This document shows positions 58,481 through 64,000 of a stretch of DNA of 64,000 nucleotides, in pieces; the stretch's first letter is position 1, and each line of letters begins with the position of its first letter. Source of the DNA: Andalucia godoyi And28 (Eukaryota > Protista > Jakobida); the NCBI GenBank assembly GCA_009859145.1, contig VRVR01000035.1, forward strand, positions 99,978 to 163,977, in the 5' to 3' direction. The translations under genes were made by a program, and so were the position numbers. Below the pieces are notes generated by a model. The model ran no database searches. It was not told the origin of the DNA and worked only from the letters and a program-made list of their open reading frames with translations.

Positions 58481-60070
58481 TCACAACGATTTCCCGCCAG
58501 TCTCGGCTCCCTTTGCGGAGGCACCAGTGCGCTGTGGATGCGCGCCTTTATTGTCTGGCGCATCTCCTCCATTGGCATTGGGACCACCGTACGTTCGCGC
58601 TCCCCCAATGACAGCGAAGGGCGCCTGGGTTCGCTTCTGCACAGACTCGAGCAGCGCCATGGACGCCGGCTCTGCGTGCGATCCAGACTTTTCACGGAGT
58701 TCCTTCTGGTGCTGCACAAGACGTTTTTCCTGTTTGTTGCGCGACATTTTCCCGCCATGAAACGCCCGACTATGGATCTTGTAGGCTTCCTTGAGCGACA
58801 CGGGACGACCAAACTCGTCATGATACGTGAGGACAACATCGTCACGACTGTCCAAGTTGCCATGCCCTTGAGTTCCAAATGCCGTTGTGGGTGCCGTGGA
58901 CTGCAACTCGCCGGTCTCTCGCAAATACGAGAGGATGGACGCCGTGCCTCGTTCGCCAGACGCCAACTGTTCTCTTTCAAGCTCTGTGGCTCGCGGGAAA
59001 AGAACTCCGGCGGTTGTTTCTCTGTGTTCTTCAAGGGTGTGTGATCGCTCAGCGGGACTGTCAAGTGCTGTCTCGACGCTATCTTCTACTAATTCAACTT
59101 GTTGGCGATGATCTTGAGATTTGGATTGGTGTTGCAGCTTGGACTCGAGAAGTCGAAAGTGCTCGTCAACCGTGTCGATCACGATGGTCTGCTGGGGCGA
59201 TCCATAGATATGCTCGCCTCGATCATGGCCACCCTCGCGAATGGCGGTTTCCGTCTTGTTCAGCACAGAATGACGGGCCGCATACGACGGATCAAGAACA
59301 CGGCGACTCTCGTCATCGAGCTGCTTGCGTCGTTCAAAAATACGCCTGTGGTCCTCTTCCTGACGCTTCCAAATCTGCATGGCCTCCGAATCCCCTCCAC
59401 CACGAACAGCACTCTCGGCGCTGCGATTGTTTCCCATAATGGTACTACCACCATTCCTGCCCGGCATCGACCTCGTCACAAAATGACGATCATCAACATT
59501 CCCACGATCATCGTCGACGACCGTGGACAGCGTCGATCGAGCAAGAGCCATTTTCGGCCGCCTTTTCAACTCCGCGCTCGGCGGCGGCAGTACAGCAAAT
59601 GACGATGGAGCAGAGGCCAATTTTTTTGCAGCAGAGAATGATGACGAGGTTGGAACGGTCGGCACAGGAACTTCATCGTCATTTCCCAAGGAGTACACAG
59701 TAAACGCACCGCGGTTTTCATACCGACGCATCATTTCAGCAAGACGCTTGCGCTTGCGCTGAGGATCATTGATTGCAAAACTGTTTCGCTCCTGCGCTGG
59801 CTCACGATCCCGGTCTTGGTCTAGGTCGCCGCCATTCTCCATGTCGTGGTCATCGTCGGCCATTCGTTTTCGAGACTGAGATTTTCGCTTTTCCGCCTGC
59901 GCAATCTCGCTGTTTTCCAAGAAAATTGCATCGTCTGGTTGCACATCCAAAACGTGAGTGTCGGCAAGATGAAGCTCCACAGTGCTGCCCGGGACTATGC
60001 TGTCAAACCGATGCGCCACTCGGATATTCGGCTCATCACCTCGTGGATGCTGTTTCGCAGATGGATCCAT
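58481..60070 (-). CDS. SART1: U4/U6.U5 tri-snRNP protein SART1/Snu66
   Basis: VAHRFDSIVPGSTVELHLADTHVL; DVVLTYHDEFGRPVSLKEAYKIHSRAFHG. Confidence 0.85.
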   Translation of the reverse strand: MDPSAKQHPRGDEPNIRVAHRFDSIVPGSTVELHLADTHVLDVQPDDAIFLENSEIAQAEKRKSQSRKRMADDDHDMENGGDLDQDRDREPAQERNSFAINDPQRKRKRLAEMMRRYENRGAFTVYSLGNDDEVPVPTVPTSSSFSAAKKLASAPSSFAVLPPPSAELKRRPKMALARSTLSTVVDDDRGNVDDRHFVTRSMPGRNGGSTIMGNNRSAESAVRGGGDSEAMQIWKRQEEDHRRIFERRKQLDDESRRVLDPSYAARHSVLNKTETAIREGGHDRGEHIYGSPQQTIVIDTVDEHFRLLESKLQHQSKSQDHRQQVELVEDSVETALDSPAERSHTLEEHRETTAGVLFPRATELEREQLASGERGTASILSYLRETGELQSTAPTTAFGTQGHGNLDSRDDVVLTYHDEFGRPVSLKEAYKIHSRAFHGGKMSRNKQEKRLVQHQKELREKSGSHAEPASMALLESVQKRTQAPFAVIGGARTYGGPNANGGDAPDNKGAHPQRTGASAKGAETGGKSL

Positions 60071-60664
60071 TCATCCGCTTCCCACAATTCTTGCTCGTCT
60101 TTTTTCTGGGAAAAAACTGCAAAACGGAAATCACCAGGTGATCGCACAAAGACAGGTGTTGCCAGAAAGAAACAAAACACAAAAATAAAAGAATGGTCTA
60201 AATGAAATGAAATGAAATGAAAAAAAAAAGAGGATAAATAATATCAAAACTAAAAATTAAAACAATAATTACGCAAAGAGGAATGATACGTCTTTCACTC
60301 TTCAAACAGACGACTTTTGTCCTTTAGGTCTCCAAAACAACAGCTGCTTTTTATTGCGATCTTTGTTGTCAATTCTGCGAACAGTTCCGTGCTTTGACAT
60401 TTTCTCAGTCCGTACGATTCATATCCACGGATTGGTATTAGTGTGAGTTTTGGAAAGTAAGTGGCGTCTGCCTGAGTTGTGGTGACTGGTGTGTGACGGT
60501 TATCTTTTGTTTTGTTTTGTTTTGATTTGATTTTTTTTTTTTTTTGATTTTTTTTTTGTTGGTTTGTTTGATCGAACGAGTAGACCAGCACCGGCGACGG
60601 GAAGGGAGGAAAAAAAAAACAAAAACAAACCGCAGACAAGGAAGAGGAGAAGAGAGACGAGTGC

Positions 60665-61249
60665 GTGATGAGTAGTAGTCGTAATGTCGCTGCAAAGTCT
60701 GCGCTGAGCTTGAGAGCGCTGGGTCGGATGGCTATTGAGTTCGCGGCGGTTTCCTGTGTCTACGTTGCAGTGACAGAAAACATCGTTGGAGTTGGCGACA
60801 TCAAAGGTGCTTCGATGCAGCCCACTTTGAATCCGCCGCCGGCCCATCCCGATGAATCACCCACGCGAGATTATGTGCTGATAGACAAGCTGTCGCTGCG
60901 AATGAGGGACGTGCAACGCGGGGAAGTCGTTATGGTTCGATCGCCATTGGAGCGCAATAGGTGGCTTGTCAAACGGGTGCTTGCTGTCCCAGGAGACCTG
61001 GTCAAGCCTGTGAACAATCCGAATCGATATTTTCGAATTCCAAAGGGCCACTGTTGGATCGAGGGCGATAACGTAGTCAATTCGCAAGACTCGAATGATT
61101 ACGGTCCCGTAAGTATGTCGCTCGTCGAAGGAGTCGTCAAACGAATTGTGTGGCCTCCTTCGCGAATTGGCCCAATTCCAGAACACCAAATCCAAGAAGG
61201 AAGAGTATCGATCCCAGACACTCCAGCTGAATCCTTTGGTGAAAGCTGA
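60665..61249 (+). CDS. IMMP2L: Mitochondrial inner membrane peptidase subunit (IMP2-like, peptidase S26)
   Basis: GASMQPTLNP (catalytic Ser), LVKRV (Lys), PKGHCWIEGDN, DSNDYGPV. Confidence 0.85.
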   Translation: MMSSSRNVAAKSALSLRALGRMAIEFAAVSCVYVAVTENIVGVGDIKGASMQPTLNPPPAHPDESPTRDYVLIDKLSLRMRDVQRGEVVMVRSPLERNRWLVKRVLAVPGDLVKPVNNPNRYFRIPKGHCWIEGDNVVNSQDSNDYGPVSMSLVEGVVKRIVWPPSRIGPIPEHQIQEGRVSIPDTPAESFGES

Positions 61250-61396
61250 GAACAGATAGGGTCGGTGCTGTTGGTTGGGAAGAAGTTATGAAACGTCCCG
61301 GACCATAAGTGGCAATGAAAAAGAAGAAGAAGAAAAAACACAGGAGAAACACAGCAGAGAAGGAAGAAAGAATGGTTCGTGTATTTTACAGTGTTG

Positions 61397-61439
<43 letters not shown>

Positions 61440-61544
61440 CGACGACGGTTGGTCCGATATTTACAAGTTATAGAAGGATAAAAACGAATGATGAAGCTTG
61501 AACAGAGAGGAATGAGCAGCGGAAGGAGTATGCGCAAGTTGGTT

Positions 61545-63998
61545 TCAGCGGGAGGTGTAGAATCCAGATCGCGCAGACTGGGCGCGTTTTCGGGCAGTCC
61601 CGATCTTCGACTGCAGTAATTTCTCCCATTCGTTCGTGTCCAGTTTGAATGGTGCAGCAGTAGCAGGAGCAGCAGTGCTGCTGTCGCGACGGGCAGTGCT
61701 GGACGAAGGATTGCTGCTGTACTTGTCCAGAATCGAACGCACAGACTTGATCGATTTTAGATCCAGCGAAGGGACAGAAGGAGCCTTCGAAAGGATCCCG
61801 GAGGGCGGGTGGATGGCTTGAGAATCTGCATTTCCGCTTCCGAGAAAATGCTGCTGCTGAGGATGATGGACTACGTGGTTGTGAGCATGGCTGCCGTCAT
61901 GTACCCATGCAGCTGACTGCGGTTGCCCGGGCAATGTGTTAGCCGACTGTGCTCTCTTGAAGGACAGGGGAACAGTGGAAAGTTTCATCAGACTTTGCAC
62001 AGACTCGACTTTCTCAGAATACGTCTGCCGAGAATTTTGCCGAAGCAGACGTGGAGGTTGCGCGGACACTTCTTCCGCCCGTCGGCGCTCAAGTGCGGGT
62101 CCCAAGTACAGTTTGGGTTCTTCCTTTCTCTGCATCTCGTAGGCTTCCTTGCGAACAACACCCGACGTTGAAGGCCGTCTTCGAGAAAACGACCATCCTT
62201 TCTCATCCGGATCAGCAGCAGCACGACCATGCACGAGAATGGAAGCAGAGTCAGGAAGCGGTGCGACCGCCACTGATTGTCCTGCAGTTGACGGCCGAAA
62301 TCGCGCCGACTGTGGTGGAGACGTAATCGTATTTCTCCGTGACTTAAGCAGCTTTTCGGCTGCGCTTGTGACGTTTGCATGGGAAGACCGTGACCGTGCG
62401 GATCGTGGAGATCCAGAAATACCTGCATTAACCGACAGATCCGAGACAGGAACGATGCCATCTGAGGAAAACACACGCTCCATCAGCTGCAGGTCGGGAA
62501 CTGGCTGCCGAGGAGCCGTGAATGGACGCGTTGCGGAAGCACGGGGACTGCCTAGCGATCCCGTTGCAGATGATTCAAATCCAGTTGCAGAGTCAGAAGA
62601 GTTCTGGCGCGCTGCATGTCCAGAAGAAGGGCGCTGAACGGGGGCTGCAGAATGGCTGTTCGTGGAGTTGGAGCGGGGAGATGCCACAGAAGAGGATGCA
62701 GAAGACGAGGACTTTGGTCGCAACTTGATTTTCTCTTCCGCATTTGGGTTCGGATTGGTGAGCTGACTAAAAGAAGCAGCTTCAATGGAGCCCATCTCCG
62801 AGTCAACATGGTACCGATGACCCGGTTCATCCGATTGATCTGCTAGCGCGGTGATTGCTTTTCTTTCAAGATCATTGTCCACACACCCATTTCGTTGCCC
62901 CTCCATTGAAAATGGTGCAAGATCAGACCGACGTTGCAGAGACTCCCTCTCCACTTCTCTCGTTAAAATGGGCTCGTCACTCCCACTTGCTGCCTCCTGT
63001 TCTGGAAGTAAAGGTCGATTCAAATCCAGCATGATCCCTTTCATTTGGCCAAGCGACAACTTTGAATGAGTTGACGGGTCCGAGCGATGGGAGACAAAAC
63101 TAGCCGTCAACGGGTCGCCCGTGGGTGCATGTCTGGAATCACGCCGTGGCACATGAAGAGAAGAGGTATACGAAACATCCGGAGAGCTGACTACGAAGCT
63201 ATCCGAATCACTGTTGTCGTCGCCATGTCGACTTGGGAAACGACGCTGCGGGGAGACGTCAATTTGCTCATCCTCCGAGGCAGAGTCGCTTTCGGAGTCA
63301 TCAAAATTGTGAAACCGATCCAAAATGTTCTTGCGCTCACGATCTCTTGCTGTTTCAGATCCTTCCGTGCACTTCAAAACATCGGACATGATGGTTAGTG
63401 ACTTGGGAAGATGCGGACTATGATGACTCTTCATCAGGGCATCTTCTTGCTGCCTCCGTGCCAAGATACTCTCCACATTGCTCGGCGTATTCTGCAATGA
63501 TGGTTCAAGACTGGATCTGTTCGAGAAACTCAAAGGATTCTTCAATCGGCGACTGAATGGAGAGAGCGGATCTGTAAAATCAAACGATGCCGAACGCGCG
63601 CCGGTAATCGCATGAACCGGTAGTTCATCTGGTCTTTTTCGCTTGTGCTCTTTGTGTTTGTGTTGAAGAAATTCTTCCTCATCAGTGGAATACGCAGCGT
63701 CCACTCTACTCTTGCTGTTCTTGCGAACCGGTGACGCAGATGCATTTTGGCTCGTCATACTGCGTTTGCGCAAAACGTCATTAACCTTGCCTTTGAACTG
63801 CGAATACGAGTCGTGGGACAAGCTGAGCGAGCGCGACCTTGGAGGAGTCGACGAACTTTTCCCTTGGATGCGCAGCAGATTTAACGCAGACTCGGCACGA
63901 CCACGACCACGACCAAGACCGAATGCAGACGGCGGAGATTCGCGGGAGTCGAGAGACTCGGCATTCAGAGTTGCTCTAGACAAAGAAAGTGTGCTCAA
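61545..63998 (-). CDS. Ser/Arg-rich low-complexity protein, probably 5'-truncated by the window edge
   Basis: 817-aa open frame running to the end of the window; no domain recognised. Confidence 0.65.
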   Translation of the reverse strand: MSTLSLSRATLNAESLDSRESPPSAFGLGRGRGRAESALNLLRIQGKSSSTPPRSRSLSLSHDSYSQFKGKVNDVLRKRSMTSQNASASPVRKNSKSRVDAAYSTDEEEFLQHKHKEHKRKRPDELPVHAITGARSASFDFTDPLSPFSRRLKNPLSFSNRSSLEPSLQNTPSNVESILARRQQEDALMKSHHSPHLPKSLTIMSDVLKCTEGSETARDRERKNILDRFHNFDDSESDSASEDEQIDVSPQRRFPSRHGDDNSDSDSFVVSSPDVSYTSSLHVPRRDSRHAPTGDPLTASFVSHRSDPSTHSKLSLGQMKGIMLDLNRPLLPEQEAASGSDEPILTREVERESLQRRSDLAPFSMEGQRNGCVDNDLERKAITALADQSDEPGHRYHVDSEMGSIEAASFSQLTNPNPNAEEKIKLRPKSSSSASSSVASPRSNSTNSHSAAPVQRPSSGHAARQNSSDSATGFESSATGSLGSPRASATRPFTAPRQPVPDLQLMERVFSSDGIVPVSDLSVNAGISGSPRSARSRSSHANVTSAAEKLLKSRRNTITSPPQSARFRPSTAGQSVAVAPLPDSASILVHGRAAADPDEKGWSFSRRRPSTSGVVRKEAYEMQRKEEPKLYLGPALERRRAEEVSAQPPRLLRQNSRQTYSEKVESVQSLMKLSTVPLSFKRAQSANTLPGQPQSAAWVHDGSHAHNHVVHHPQQQHFLGSGNADSQAIHPPSGILSKAPSVPSLDLKSIKSVRSILDKYSSNPSSSTARRDSSTAAPATAAPFKLDTNEWEKLLQSKIGTARKRAQSARSGFYTSR

Positions 63999-64000
63999 GG

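Noticed and set aside
60302-60400. 32-aa minus-strand small ORF MSKHGTVRRIDNKDRNKKQLLFWRPKGQKSSV upstream of SART1
   Set aside because: No similarity to a SART1 N-terminus or any microprotein I recognise; a length expected by chance.

Overview
Gene-dense (about one gene per 2 kb), intron-poor eukaryotic DNA in the standard genetic code, most consistent with a compact protist genome; the taxon cannot be fixed from this window. It holds about 30 protein-coding genes. Most are recognisable housekeeping genes: WDR77/MEP50-like, PIG-T, spastizin-like, CTU1, NSE3/MAGE, POLE2, RAD51, VPS24, PSD, SLC25A32-like, TMEM234, VTA1, ArsB-family transporter, Slo/BK-type K+ channel, EF-hand/WD40 protein, NUDT22-like, acyl-CoA synthetase, TOP2, TFIIH p62, MED16-like, RPLP1, SART1 and IMP2. 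I could reconstruct a few short GT-AG introns in frame, and there are several microsatellites. No rRNA, tRNA or CRISPR array was found. The ORF track hides the most interesting features: (1) two decayed TnpB/Fanzor (OMEGA) relics that appear to belong to different classes, a Fanzor2/IS607-like piece with a candidate omegaRNA end just upstream of RAD51 (about 19.8-20.2 kb, minus) and a Fanzor1-like piece broken by a 14-bp duplication (about 38.2-38.8 kb, plus); (2) an F-box fused to a degenerate Toc34/Toc159-like GTPase domain; (3) a 43-aa TOM5-like small ORF below the ORF cutoff; (4) a stand-alone MDH1B-N-like CPSC glutaredoxin-fold protein; (5) telomere-like boxes upstream of RPLP1. All family assignments come from motif recognition by eye and need HMM/BLAST confirmation.
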